Positions 1 to 10,319 of a DNA stretch of 64,000 nt are shown piece after piece. Position 1 is the stretch's first letter. Each line of letters starts with the position of its first letter. The DNA comes from Candidatus Harrisonbacteria bacterium (GTDB lineage: Bacteria; Patescibacteriota; Minisyncoccia; UBA6257; 1-14-0-10-40-38), in contig JAHFLD010000003.1 in the NCBI GenBank assembly GCA_023245035.1, positions 55,736 to 119,735 of the forward strand, written 5' to 3'. The position numbers and the translations under genes are program-made. The notes under the pieces are model-generated. The model made no database searches and had not been told where the DNA came from. It saw only the letters and a program-made list of their open reading frames with translations.

Positions 1-2
1 GC

Positions 3-206
3 GTGAGTAGTGTGACGGCAACTAAGGCGACTTGTGAGTTGGGCAAGGATTTTGATCAGCGCTCCCATTGCGTAATCGGGGCGGTCAAGGATTTTATTTC
101 TTATTTTCACTCGGATAGCCAGGCATTGCAGTTGTGCGCGGCACTCAATCCCGAGGTTCAAGAGACTTGTCGCGCTACGACCGTGGCCTACGCCAAGATT
201 CTTTGA
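3..206 (+). CDS. C-terminal fragment of a Cys-containing hypothetical protein; the start lies upstream of the window
   Basis: Open frame from the window edge to a TGA at 204-206. No recognisable motif. Confidence 0.3.
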   Translation: MSSVTATKATCELGKDFDQRSHCVIGAVKDFISYFHSDSQALQLCAALNPEVQETCRATTVAYAKIL

Positions 207-221
207 GCCGCTTTTGATCGC

Positions 222-245
222 ATAAAAACACCCGCGAGGCGGGTG
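222..245 (-). terminator. Rho-independent terminator for the minus-strand GT39 gene
   Basis: Perfect hairpin cacccgc-gag-gcgggtg (229-245) preceded on the plus strand by an A-run, which is a T-run on the minus strand, just downstream of the stop at 473. Confidence 0.5.
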
Positions 246-472
246 CTAGTGGTAAATAGCGTAAACAACGATGGAGGCGATAACGCAGGCAAAGATAAGG
301 AATATGTAGAAGGTGTTCAGGAGAGTTTCGCGATTACCGAGAATGCGGTCCAGAATGTTTTCCTTGCTTGGGCGGCGAGACATACGAATCTCCTTTCGAG
401 ATAGAACAGGAAGGAACTGTTTTTGAGTTTGCTCCAGTAGGGATTTTTTGGCAAGAGTTTTGCTTGATTATT

Positions 473-2176
473 TTAGGGGGTGAAGCGATAAACGCGAAAG
501 ACCACGGAATTGTTTTGGTTTTTGAGACTGGCATAAGGACTGCGATTTAGATCCAAATATGCGGCGAAGTTTTTTCCTTCGTTGCTCACACTATTCAACT
601 TAAGGGGCAGGCCTGGTTTGGGCAGGACGAAATAGGCCATTTTAAAACCACCGGCGGAAAAATAGTTTTTGCCATTTTGGGCCAGGATAGTTTGATAATT
701 TGATAGTTTAAGTACCGGCCAGGCTCGGTAGACCTGCAGACGATCCAGATACCAGAGTTGAGCAAAACTTTGCAGGTTGTCGTCGTAGACGATCATCCGC
801 GGGGCGAGTTTGTATTTTGCGGAGCGATTTTGCTTCAGGGTTTTCTTTTGAAGCTCGTCTAGAAATTTATAGCGCGGTTCTAAAGTCAGCGCCGGGGTCA
901 GATTTTTGAGTTCGTGTTCAAAATACTTTTCCAGCACCTGATAGCCGTAGGCGCGAGTCTCTTCGACGGTGGCGGCATAGGTCCAGGGGATGATGCCGCG
1001 AGGCAAGGAGACGTGATTAGTGTTTATGGAGTAGAGAAGTTCCATCGCGATGATTGATAGAAAAAAACCGAGAATGATTTTTTGGGTTTTTGGTTTGGCG
1101 CCGTTTATAAAACCGGCAATGGCGAGACCGATGACAAGTGCCATCGGGGGAGTGAGTATTGTTAAGAAGCGATAAGATGGGCCGATTAAGACAATAAGCA
1201 GAGTTAGAAATATCAGGGACAAAAACAAGAGAGGATTTGTGGGAGCGAATGGGTGACTTAATGAGTTTCTTTTTTTTAAGGTGGCAGAAATGAGCCAACC
1301 GAGACTGCCGAAGAATAAGATTAAAAAAATCGGCGAGTTGGTTAGAAAAAGTCGAGTCGGGAAAACGGCGAGACGATAGAGGAGGCTGCCGATTTCTTTG
1401 CCGGGGGTTTCGCTCCAGACTTGCGGGTGTTGGCCAAAAATATAGGACAGTTGAAAATCAAAATGACCGACCGTGCGATAGAGCATTAAGTTATAAATAA
1501 TTACGGGACTCGTGATTATGACTGTAAGCACAAGACTTTGCCAAAAAAAGCGAGATCTAAAAAGTTTTCGGTTGTAGATCGCAAGATAAACAAGGCAAAT
1601 CGGAATTAAGACAGCCGTGGTGTATTTGGTTAGCAGTCCAAGGCCAAGGCTTGCGCCGACAAGCAATAAAAAACGCGGATTTTTTCCGCTCCGCAGGAGA
1701 CCGTAGAGAGTGAGCAGGATGAAAAAAATAACATAAGATTCTTGCAGGCCGATGCGGGAGATGTATATATGATTGGTGTTCACCGCCAAAAATACAGCGG
1801 CGAGGAGACCAGTAGCCCTACCCATGATTTGCCGGCCGAGAAGGTAGATGAGATAAATTGAAGCGATGCCGAAGACGGCCGAGGGGAGGCGGAAGGCCCA
1901 AGTTGTTTGACCGAACGCGGACAGGAAGAGGTGCTGGATTATAAAAACGAGCGGCGGATGGTCGTGAAATGAAAGTTTGGTCCACCATGGAATGTTGCCG
2001 TCAAGCCATTCAAGCGGGGTGGTTTGTTTTGGCGCTTCGTCGAAATCAATCAGTTCCACGGAGCGAAAAGCGAGGAGGGATTCATCACCCAAGACATCGC
2101 CCTGATTCAGGCGATAAACGCGCAGGAATGAGCCAAGAAGAAGAATCAGAATTAAAACCAAATATTTAAACCGCAT
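473..2176 (-). CDS. Polytopic membrane glycosyltransferase, family 39 (ArnT/PMT-like, 4-amino-arabinose or mannosyl transferase fold)
   Basis: 567 aa with more than 10 predicted TM helices in the N-terminal two-thirds and a C-terminal soluble domain. The architecture is typical of the GT39/ArnT proteins common in CPR genomes. Confidence 0.7.
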   Translation of the reverse strand: MRFKYLVLILILLLGSFLRVYRLNQGDVLGDESLLAFRSVELIDFDEAPKQTTPLEWLDGNIPWWTKLSFHDHPPLVFIIQHLFLSAFGQTTWAFRLPSAVFGIASIYLIYLLGRQIMGRATGLLAAVFLAVNTNHIYISRIGLQESYVIFFILLTLYGLLRSGKNPRFLLLVGASLGLGLLTKYTTAVLIPICLVYLAIYNRKLFRSRFFWQSLVLTVIITSPVIIYNLMLYRTVGHFDFQLSYIFGQHPQVWSETPGKEIGSLLYRLAVFPTRLFLTNSPIFLILFFGSLGWLISATLKKRNSLSHPFAPTNPLLFLSLIFLTLLIVLIGPSYRFLTILTPPMALVIGLAIAGFINGAKPKTQKIILGFFLSIIAMELLYSINTNHVSLPRGIIPWTYAATVEETRAYGYQVLEKYFEHELKNLTPALTLEPRYKFLDELQKKTLKQNRSAKYKLAPRMIVYDDNLQSFAQLWYLDRLQVYRAWPVLKLSNYQTILAQNGKNYFSAGGFKMAYFVLPKPGLPLKLNSVSNEGKNFAAYLDLNRSPYASLKNQNNSVVFRVYRFTP

Positions 2177-2212
2177 GGCGTTGTTACGGATTTTGAATTA
2201 ATCATAGCTTAT

Positions 2213-2238
2213 ATAAAAACCCCTCGGTGAGGAGGGGT
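2213..2238 (-). terminator. Rho-independent terminator after tmk
   Basis: Hairpin cccctc-ggtgag-gagggg flanked on the plus strand by an A-run, which is a T-run on the minus strand, immediately 3' of the tmk stop. Confidence 0.5.
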
Positions 2239-2246
2239 TGGACTTG

Positions 2247-2888
2247 CTAGGCGACTAAATGGTCGGCGCGGGTTTTGATTTGGACTTGCACTTCGGCGAT
2301 CGGCGGCCCGCCGTCGATGCGGGCAAATCGGTGGCGATCTTTGTAGAGATCAAAGTAAGCCTTGAATCCTTCACGCACTTTTTCGTGAAAGGAGAGATCT
2401 TTGCCTTCAAACCGGTCACGCTTGCCGTTTACGCGATTCCGTTCCAGACCGATTCGGGGATCGATATCAATCCAGAAGGTGAAATCCGGAGTGAGGCCTC
2501 CCCGGGCGAATTTTTCCATTTCCATAAATTCGCTAGGCGTACAGGCTTCGCCGGTAAAACATTGGTAGGCGAATGTGCTGGCGGTGAATCGATCGCAGAT
2601 AACGATGTTTCCTTCTTCGAGCGCGGGTCGGATGACTCGTTCTACGTGATCTGTTCGGTCAGCGAGAAAGAGCAGCAGTTCCGTTCGCGGCAACATGGTC
2701 TCGTGATGCCTTGGATCCAGTAAAACATTCCGAATGTCGGTGCCAATGTTGGGCGTTCCACCCGGTTCCCGGGTGAGTACTACCGGATGTCCTTGACTGC
2801 GCAGATGTTGTGCCAGTAGTTTGGCCTGTCCGCTCTTGCCACTGCCTTCACCGCCCTCGAAGACGATGAAGGTTCCCTTTTTCTTCAT
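2247..2888 (-). CDS. tmk: Thymidylate (dTMP) kinase
   Basis: N-terminal FIVFEGGEGSGKSGQ P-loop, DRF motif and LID region. Length 213 aa is typical of Tmk. Confidence 0.9.
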   Translation of the reverse strand: MKKKGTFIVFEGGEGSGKSGQAKLLAQHLRSQGHPVVLTREPGGTPNIGTDIRNVLLDPRHHETMLPRTELLLFLADRTDHVERVIRPALEEGNIVICDRFTASTFAYQCFTGEACTPSEFMEMEKFARGGLTPDFTFWIDIDPRIGLERNRVNGKRDRFEGKDLSFHEKVREGFKAYFDLYKDRHRFARIDGGPPIAEVQVQIKTRADHLVA

Positions 2889-3011
2889 CTGACACTCCTT
2901 TTAAAATGAGCTTTTAAAAAACTGTTTTAAGTATAACAAAAACCGAGGGATTTTCCAGCGATGTTTTTATTTTGGATCCAAAGCGAGGTTAATTCTGATG
3001 CTAATCAATTT

Positions 3012-3085
3012 TGGTGGACCTAGCCGGGATCGAACCGGCGCCTCGGCAATGCGAATGCCGCGTAATACCACTTTACTATAGGCCC
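3012..3085 (-). tRNA. tRNA-Ala (anticodon CGC), CCA encoded
   Basis: The reverse complement folds as a cloverleaf: acceptor GGGCCUA with G3:U70 (the Ala identity element), anticodon loop UUCGCAU, T-loop GGTTCGATCC, 3' CCA. Confidence 0.85.
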
Positions 3086-3207
3086 GAAGCGAGGAGCGAA
3101 GCGAAGGCGTTAGTTTGCACTTCGTCCGAGCTAGGGAGATATATCGCTAGATATAGGCCCTATCGCAACCTAAAAATCCTAATCGTTTTTAACCGTAAAG
3201 ACAAATT

Positions 3208-3783
3208 CTATTTCATTCCCCTCAAGAGTTCACTCGTTGGTTCTTGAGGTGGACGCCATTCGCGAATTTCCAAATTGTGAAAACCTTCGTCGGCTGTCGG
3301 CTCTTCAAACAACTGAACCATTTTAAGAAATGTTCCTTCATTAAATGCTTCTTGGTTAAAACTACCTTCGCGTTTTTTGGAGGCGTAATCTTCGCGGGCG
3401 CGGCGGATGATTTCTTCGATCGGGGTTTTAAGGTAGACGGCGTCAACTTCTATTCCTTCATTTTTTAATCGCAACACACCCTCACGAGTTTGGCGTTGCA
3501 GGTTGGTTCCATCATAGAAAATGTTGTTAGTGTCTTTTGTTCTCACGACTTCCGCGAGTTTGCGGTTAAGCATGGTTGTGGCCAGTTCATTGCGGGCCGC
3601 AAAAAGTTCTTTGGCTTGATCTGGTTTGGAGTGGCGTTCCTTAATCAAGGCGTCCGCTTGTTTGAATTCTTCACTGGCGATGATTTCCGCAAGTAAGTTA
3701 TCGCGGCTGATAACACCATAACCTCGCGCGGCATATTCTTGAGCTAGGGTAGACTTGCCGGAGAAGGGGAGGCCGATAGACAT
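3208..3783 (-). CDS. P-loop kinase (AAA_33, polynucleotide-kinase or zeta-like ATP-binding protein)
   Basis: Walker A GLPFSGKST right after the Met at 3783. The longer ORF reaching 3855 starts with GTG and adds 24 aa of unlikely leader. Weak similarity to the T4 Pnk kinase-domain fold. Confidence 0.55.
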   Translation of the reverse strand: MSIGLPFSGKSTLAQEYAARGYGVISRDNLLAEIIASEEFKQADALIKERHSKPDQAKELFAARNELATTMLNRKLAEVVRTKDTNNIFYDGTNLQRQTREGVLRLKNEGIEVDAVYLKTPIEEIIRRAREDYASKKREGSFNQEAFNEGTFLKMVQLFEEPTADEGFHNLEIREWRPPQEPTSELLRGMK

Positions 3784-4236
3784 TGTCAGATGTTTGACGG
3801 GCATAGATTTACCATAGCACGTGGCTGGTTTGAGTAGAAAATATTTTTTACTCACAAGCGAGATCTTTGATTGATCTTCTATATATGAAGTTGAATGTGG
3901 TGGATAGATCCGGTCTGTGGGTCATCATTTTTGCGATAAAAAAAAGGGCGCAACGGGGAGCGTTGCGCCAAATACGGGTGAGGATATTAAGTTGTGTGGC
4001 AGGTCTAGGACATGCCGCTTTCCGGTTGTGGCCGGATTTGCCGATCTATTCTGCTTTCGATGAGCTGTTTCTATTTTAACGCCTTCAAGTTTTCCGTCAA
4101 TGCGAGTTATCCACATAGATCATAAAATGATATATCTGGCGAATGGTATACTGGTCAGATGTAAGCGCGTGCAGAAGGGCTTGCACCAAAGGTCGAAGGG
4201 AGTGAATGTTAGTAATTATTTAGTCTATAAAAAAAT

Positions 4237-4923
4237 ATGTTAGTTCAAAGTTGGGTTGATGTGTTGGTTGGTTCGCTTCAGGGATTGTATATTCAGGTGA
4301 TTAGTTTTTTGCCGTCGCTTCTCGGGGCCTTGGTGATTTTTGTCATCGGACTCGTGGTGGCTTACGGTTTGGAAAAGCTCGTGGAGCAAATCATCTACCA
4401 CTTGAAACTGGACAGCTTTTTGAAGCGGTTGGGTTTGGGGGTCTATTTTGAGCGCGCCAATTTGGAACTTAATGCCGGGCATTTTTTTGGAAAGCTCGTG
4501 TATTGGTTTATTTTGGTGGCATTCCTTTTGGCCTCATCCGACATTTTGGGTTTTTTCGCTCTTTCCGACTTCTTGAAGCAAGTCCTCGCGTACATCCCCA
4601 ATGTGGTGATTGCGGCGATGATTCTGCTCGCCTCGTTCGTGGTGGCTAAGTTCTTGCGCGGTTTGGTGCGCGCTTCGGTTTTGAGCGCGCGACTTCACGC
4701 GGCTAAGAGTCTTGGTACCGTGGCGTGGTGGGGAGTCATCGTTTTTGGATTTTTGTCGGCGCTCATCGAGCTTGGTGTGGCGGTGCCAATCATTCAAACT
4801 TTGATCACCGGTTTGGTGGCGATGCTCGCCTTGGCCGGAGGTTTGGCTTTCGGTTTGGGCGGCCGCGAACAAGCGGCGAATTTCTTGGAGAAGGTTCACG
4901 AAGAAATTCATCACAAGGAATAG
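4237..4923 (+). CDS. Hypothetical polytopic membrane protein with repeated conserved TM helices
   Basis: 228 aa, 5-6 hydrophobic helices, a glycine-rich C-terminal helix (GLAFGLGG). An ATG start with an AT-rich upstream region. Confidence 0.55.
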   Translation: MLVQSWVDVLVGSLQGLYIQVISFLPSLLGALVIFVIGLVVAYGLEKLVEQIIYHLKLDSFLKRLGLGVYFERANLELNAGHFFGKLVYWFILVAFLLASSDILGFFALSDFLKQVLAYIPNVVIAAMILLASFVVAKFLRGLVRASVLSARLHAAKSLGTVAWWGVIVFGFLSALIELGVAVPIIQTLITGLVAMLALAGGLAFGLGGREQAANFLEKVHEEIHHKE

Positions 4924-4945
4924 TTTTTTTTAAGCAGTGAAAAAT

Positions 4946-5009
4946 TAAAAAACCGCCAGTTTCGTTTTTCTCTGTGAGGGAGAGCGGCGAAACAAGGGGC
5001 GGTTTTTTA
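4946..5009 (+). terminator. Intrinsic terminator-like hairpin after the membrane protein gene
   Basis: aaaaaaccgcc ... ggggcggtttttt: GC-rich inverted repeat followed by a T-run. Confidence 0.45.
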
Positions 5010-5265
5010 ATTTGGTGGGCGGACGAGGTGCCGGTTGCTGAGGGGACCGATACATCATCTGGCGCCTTTCTGTATTTTAAAACCCTGGAGAGTGGGGAAA
5101 GGTTACGCGTATTACGAATGTACGAATCTGTACGAAAATACGAATAATAAATCCTTGAATTTAAGAGAATTCTGTTCTATTGACGGAAGAACTGCCATAT
5201 TTTATAATGCTTTTGTGTTCGTTCGGGTTCTTTGAAAATGTTCTCCATGTTGAAAAGGGGATTGT

Positions 5266-5892
5266 ATGAAGAAGTCTTTGCGTTCTTCCGATAGCAAGCT
5301 TCCTACGAAAGAACGATTAGCGATTATCGAGGGGATGATTCTTTGCGCTTGCAGGCCACAGTGGCTTTCTATCTCTTCGCGTCCACTATCTGTCCCGGGT
5401 GGTTATGGGTGTCAATCTTGTGGTGAGAGATTTGAATTTGATGCGCGTTTACATTCGCGTCGATTTCGCGCTAAAAGCCGTGTTTCGATGTCATTATCAA
5501 GTTCGACATCATATTCGCCTAGCGAGTTAGAAAAATTAATGAAAGAGGTAGAAACTGTCATAGAGTTAATGAAGCGGGATAAAGAGATGACCAGGGCGAG
5601 ATTTGACAGGCATAATTGTGATGTGGGACCTATGCATTCTTTGAGCTTGTTGAAAAAGCATGGGGTGACCATGGCCCTGATTGATGCGTTAGTGCTCGAG
5701 GTTGGAAGTGAAGATAACCCGCCGACTACTAGTGGCGGAGGGGCGATAAACTGTAATCTTTGCCGAGCGGGCGCGGAAAGGCCAGCTTGGATGGCGGTTG
5801 GCTATTACCCTCCCATTCGTCACAGAGAGACTTGTCCAATTTCTTTGCTCACTAGATTTTTTCCCGAGAAAATTCGAACACGATGTAGTTAG
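5266..5892 (+). CDS. Hypothetical protein, low-complexity and Cys-containing; may not be expressed
   Basis: A 208-aa ORF in a 1.6-kb region upstream of 23S that otherwise lacks convincing genes. No motif recognised. Confidence 0.25.
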   Translation: MKKSLRSSDSKLPTKERLAIIEGMILCACRPQWLSISSRPLSVPGGYGCQSCGERFEFDARLHSRRFRAKSRVSMSLSSSTSYSPSELEKLMKEVETVIELMKRDKEMTRARFDRHNCDVGPMHSLSLLKKHGVTMALIDALVLEVGSEDNPPTTSGGGAINCNLCRAGAERPAWMAVGYYPPIRHRETCPISLLTRFFPEKIRTRCS

Positions 5893-6829
5893 AGGATTTT
5901 GGTAAATTCCGTGGAGAGTTTTTCCGATTTACTTGCCCACTGATTGTGGGCATTTTTATTATTTCCCCGTCTAGCGTATCTATTGCTTGTGAGCCTATTG
6001 GCATAATGTGATTAGGCGCTATAATTTGTTTATTGAGCGTGAGATTTTAGGGTTATATGAGGTGGGGCCTTCCAAGAAGGTCCAAGCACTGCATCCCAAC
6101 AAAATCCCGCGCTCTTTTTTTTCATCTCTTGGGCGTAGAGACTGTTTCGGTCTATGCCCACAGGGGAGTTGCGAGGGTGTTGACATGCTTTTTGATCTGG
6201 CTATACTTACTTTTACCTAATGAAGATTTTGCGACATACCAGGTGCGGCTCCTGACGTCTGTCTTTTGTTCTCTTCGAGAACTAGCCGCCCGCGAGGCGG
6301 TTTTTCATTAGGGCAATGCGAATGACGCGAAAAGGTTTACGAAATCATTTTTCTGCCTCATACTTCGTGACTCATATATAGGAAGTTCTGCGCTATCTGG
6401 ACTGGAGGATCTCGAGAACAGATAGTGCGGCGCTTAGTCGCACAATTTAAAAACGACTGAACTTTGATAATTTTAGATTGGGTCTTTTGTGTTTTGAAGA
6501 AGAGAGTGATTATATCCGATGCTTTAGTCGGCATCTGGATGATCAATTTGGGATTTGTGGTTAAACGCGCCCGGGATTTATTCCGGGTGTTAAGGGCGTA
6601 TGGTGGATGCCTAGACACAAAGTAGCGATGAAGGACGTGGCGTGGCTGCGATAAGCTTCGGGGAGGTGCTTAGCAACCTTTGATCCGGAGATTTCCGAAT
6701 GGGAAAACCCAATGCGGTAAACCCGCATTACTTCGACCTTGAGTCGAAGTGCTTACCCGCTGAAGTGAAACATCTCAGTAGGCGGAGGAAAAGAAAACAA
6801 TGCCGTTGTGGAACAACGGCGATTCCCTT

Positions 6830-6863
<34 letters not shown>

Positions 6864-6876
6864 TGGTTGTGCTTCG

Positions 6877-6976
6877 CACACTATCAACGAATAGCGAATA
6901 AAAAACCGAATGTACGAATGGATTAAATCCTCATTCGTAAATTCGCAATAGATTCGTAATTCGCTGATGAGCGTGC
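6877..6976 (+). repeat. 100-nt hairpin insertion copy 1 in 23S (helix 9/10 region), IVS-like
   Basis: Identical over 100 nt to the copies at 7475 and 8109. Internally four CGAAT units followed by four ATTCG units, giving a long imperfect hairpin. Flanked by a short copy-specific inverted repeat. Confidence 0.8.
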
Positions 6977-7236
6977 GGAGCGTAGCTGGGGGTTGTAAGG
7001 TAGAGACTTCTTGCTCATCGCCCAGTTCTTGAATAGTCGAGGACTTGGCGATCCGCAGGAAAAGAGTAAAAAATTCGCTAGTTAGCCGAGGCCGTTGGAA
7101 AGCGGCGCCAGAGCGGGTGATAGCCCCGTAGGCGAAAACATGCGAACTCTTGTTTCTATTCTTGAGTACCTCGAGGCAAACAAACCTTGAGGGAATCCGG
7201 GAGTACTATCTCCTAAGGCTGAATATACTTTGTGAT

Positions 7237-7267
<31 letters not shown>

Positions 7268-7474
7268 AAAAAGAACCCCGGAAGGGGAGTGAAATAGAAC
7301 CTGAAACCATATGCTTACAAGGAAGTGGAGCCCAATCTCGTAGCAATACGAGCCGGGTGACGCTGTGCCTATTGAAGAATGAGCCAACGACTTATTCTGT
7401 ACTGCTCATCTAAGCCATCTCTGATGGTGAAGGTAAAGCGAAAGCGAGTCTTAATAGGGCGATGTCGTGCTTCG

Positions 7475-7574
7475 CACACTATCAACGAATAGCGAATAAA
7501 AAACCGAATGTACGAATGGATTAAATCCTCATTCGTAAATTCGCAATAGATTCGTAATTCGCTGATGAGCGTGC
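7475..7574 (+). repeat. 100-nt hairpin insertion copy 2 in 23S at the helix-25 position (E. coli about 540-550), a classical IVS site
   Basis: Inserted between ...TCTTAATAGGGCGATGTC and AAGCAGTACGGGATAGACCCGAAGCC, corresponding to E. coli ...TCTTAACTGGGCG / GGGTATAGACCCGAAACC. Confidence 0.8.
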
Positions 7575-8108
7575 GGGGCACGCACAAGCAGTACGGGATA
7601 GACCCGAAGCCAGACGAGCTTACCCTGGGCAGGATGAAGTCCCGAGAAATCGGGATGGAGGTCCGAACTGGTGGGTTGTGCAAAACCCTCGGATGACCTG
7701 GGGTAGGGAGTGAAAAGCTAATCGAGTTTGGTAATAGCTGGTTCTCTCCGAAATAGTTTTAGGACTAGCGCTTCGTAAAAAGTCGTGAGGGGTAGAGCTA
7801 CTGGTTCGGGGGTATAGGGCGAAAGCTCGACCTTCGAGTCAAACTCCGAATACTCACGATTACGCGAAGTAGTCAGTACGTGGGGGCCAAGCTCCATGTA
7901 CGCAAGGGGAACAGCCCAGATCGCAGTCTAAGGTCCCTAAATTCTTACTAAGTGTTAAAGGTAGTCATCACCCATAGACAGATAGGAGGTTGGCTTAGAG
8001 GTAGCCATCCTTTAAAGAGTGTGTAACAACTCACTATTCGACGGTTGGTGGCGCCAAAAATGTACCGGGGCTAAGTAAGATACCGAAGACGCGGGTGTGT
8101 GTGCGTAG

Positions 8109-8208
8109 CACACTATCAACGAATAGCGAATAAAAAACCGAATGTACGAATGGATTAAATCCTCATTCGTAAATTCGGAATAGATTCGTAATTCGCTGAT
8201 GAGCGTGC
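8109..8208 (+). repeat. 100-nt hairpin insertion copy 3 in 23S at the helix-45 position (E. coli about 1170), a classical IVS site
   Basis: Inserted between ACCGAAGACGCGGG and GGTAGGAGAGC, corresponding to E. coli CACCGAAGCTGCGG ... GGGTAGGGGAGCG. One substitution relative to copies 1 and 2. Confidence 0.8.
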
Positions 8209-8968
8209 TACGCGTACACGCGGTAGGAGAGCATTTCTAGTGCGCTGAAGCGTGAGCCGCGAGGCCGCGTGGAGCGCTAGGAAGAGAGAATGTTGGTATG
8301 AGTAACCACATTTCCTATGAGAAATAGGAACCCCGAAAATCCAAGGTTTCCGTGGCAATGACAATCAACCACGGGTTAGGCGATCCTAAGGCGATGGTGA
8401 AAACCGCAGCTGACGGGAAGCCGGTTAATATTCCGGCCCATGCATATTTGTGCGATGGAGTGACGGAGGAAAAAAGATTGAGCGCCTTAATGGTTTGGCG
8501 TCGGGCGTGTTAAGGGACGTACCCCTGGAAAATCCGGAGTACTGTGTTTAATCACGAGTTCCGCGCACGTACGTAAGGTGAAGTTTTTACTTCGCTAATT
8601 CAATCGAAGAGCCTTCCGAGAAAAACTTCTAAGTTTAGAATATGGATTTCGTACCGTAAACCGACACAGGTGGATAGGGCGAGTAGCCCAAGGGGAACGA
8701 GTGATTCTTCGTTAAGGAACTCGGCAAAAAAGCGGCCGTAAGTTAGCGATAAGGCCTGCCCTTCGCAAGAAGGGCCGCAGCGAAAGTATCTCTGGCGACT
8801 GTTTACCAAAAACACAGCTCCCTGCTAACTCGCAAGAGGATGTATAGGGGGTGACGCCTGACCGATGCGAGAAGGTCAACGGTGGCTGTGCCAGGTAGTT
8901 TACTCTGTCTGGTGCGGACTGCCCGAAGCCCTCGTCAATGTCAGCGATAACTATAATCGTTCTAAGGT

Positions 8969-9167
8969 TCTGTATTGGATTTCGATCTAATGCAGAAGGA
9001 TTGGGACGATTATGGTCTGGTAAAAAGTTTAATATTACATTGGTGCAAAATATAGCTACCTCATCATGCAGTAATGCGTGAATGATCCTACGCGACTCCA
9101 AGAGACTATACGTCGTGCCCCCGTAATTCGGGGTGAAGATATAGTCCTTCGCATAAAGGAAGTGAAG
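8969..9167 (+). other. ORF-less group-I-like intron in 23S near E. coli position 1917
   Basis: Removing 8969-9167 restores CTAAGGT|AGCGCAATTCC, matching E. coli CTAAGGTAGCGAAATTCC. The upstream exon ends in U and the insert ends in G. It contains the group I core segment GAAGATATAGTCC and a GCAGTAATGCGTG block shared with the second intron. Confidence 0.7.
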
Positions 9168-9828
9168 AGCGCAATTCCTTTTCGGGTAAGTTCCGAAGCG
9201 CACGAATGGCGTAACGACTGGAGAACTGTCTCAACGAAGAGCTCGGTGAAAATGCGATACCCGTGAAGACGCGGGTTACCTGCAGCAAGACGAAAAGACC
9301 CCGGAAGCTTTACTGTAGCTTGGTATTGTCTTTAGGATTTATATGCGTAGTGTAGTGGCGAGGATTTGAAGCGTTGATTTCGGTTGACGTGGATCCGACA
9401 ATGAAACAGCCATCTTATGAATTTTAAAGTCTAACCCCGGCGGAAAAAACGCCGCGGGACAGTGCCTGGTGGGCAGTTTTAATGGGGCGTTATCCTCCAA
9501 AAAAGTAACGGAGGAGTTTATTAAGGTTGGCTTAGCCCGGATGGAAATCGGGCCGGACGTGTAAATGCACAAGCCAGCTTAACGGCAAGACCTACAAGTC
9601 GCGCCGGTGCGAAAGCAGAAATTAGTGACCCGACCACTCGTCATAGAAGGGTGGAAGACAACGGATAAAAGTTACTCCGGGGATAACAGGCTAGTCTCCT
9701 CCGAGCGTCCACAGCGACGAGGAGGATCGGCACCTCGATGTCGGCTCGCCCTAGCGCGGGGGTGGAGAAGCTCCCAAGCGTGTGGCTGTTCGCCACTTAA
9801 AAGGGCACGTGAGCTGGGTTCAAACCGT

Positions 9829-10143
9829 TGATGTGCTAATTACACGCCATAGAAGCGTGAATTTATTGGCGCATGAGCGGTTTGAGTCCAGATCCACACA
9901 TCGATTATTGTTTTAGTCTTTTCGTTTCTGAAAAAGTATAGTCATCAATCAAATCACGGCGGTCTTAAGAAGTAATTTTTAAGAACCCAGTTAACTTATT
10001 TCGGTGAAACCCAATGTGGGCAATACCGAGGGAATTCTTTGCGAAGCAAAGATGCCCGTAGAGACTACACGTTAACCCCCTAAATCGCGTAAGCGATCGG
10101 GTGAAGATATAGTCCAATGCACGCAGTAATGCGTGGAAACATG
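9829..10143 (+). other. ORF-less group-I-like intron in 23S near E. coli position 2593
   Basis: Removing 9829-10143 restores GGGTTCAAACCGT|CGTGAGACAGG, matching E. coli GGGTTTAGAACGTCGTGAGACAG. The insert ends in G after a U-ending exon and contains GGGTGAAGATATAGTCC plus GCAGTAATGCGTG. Confidence 0.7.
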
Positions 10144-10260
10144 CGTGAGACAGGTTGGTCTCTATCTGTTGTAGGCGTTAAACACTTGAAGGGAGTCGAC
10201 CCTAGTACGAGAGGACCGGGTTGAACGAACCGCTGGTCGGCCGGCTTTGGTACCAACTGA

Positions 10261-10319
<59 letters not shown>

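Noticed and set aside
3867-4116. Small ORFs 3867-4079 (+) and 3925-4116 (-)
   Set aside because: They overlap each other in an intergenic region with a GC hairpin (ggcgcaacg-ggga-gcgttgcgcc). No start context and no conservation signal. The hairpin itself lacks a T-run on the plus strand and has no upstream minus-strand gene to terminate.
7369-9203. Minus- and plus-strand ORFs inside the 23S rRNA (7369-7683, 8155-8364, 8712-9203, 9078-9266 and similar)
   Set aside because: They lie entirely within conserved rRNA sequence or the 100-nt insertion repeats and have no ribosome-binding site or protein-like composition, so they are artefacts of ORF calling on structural RNA.
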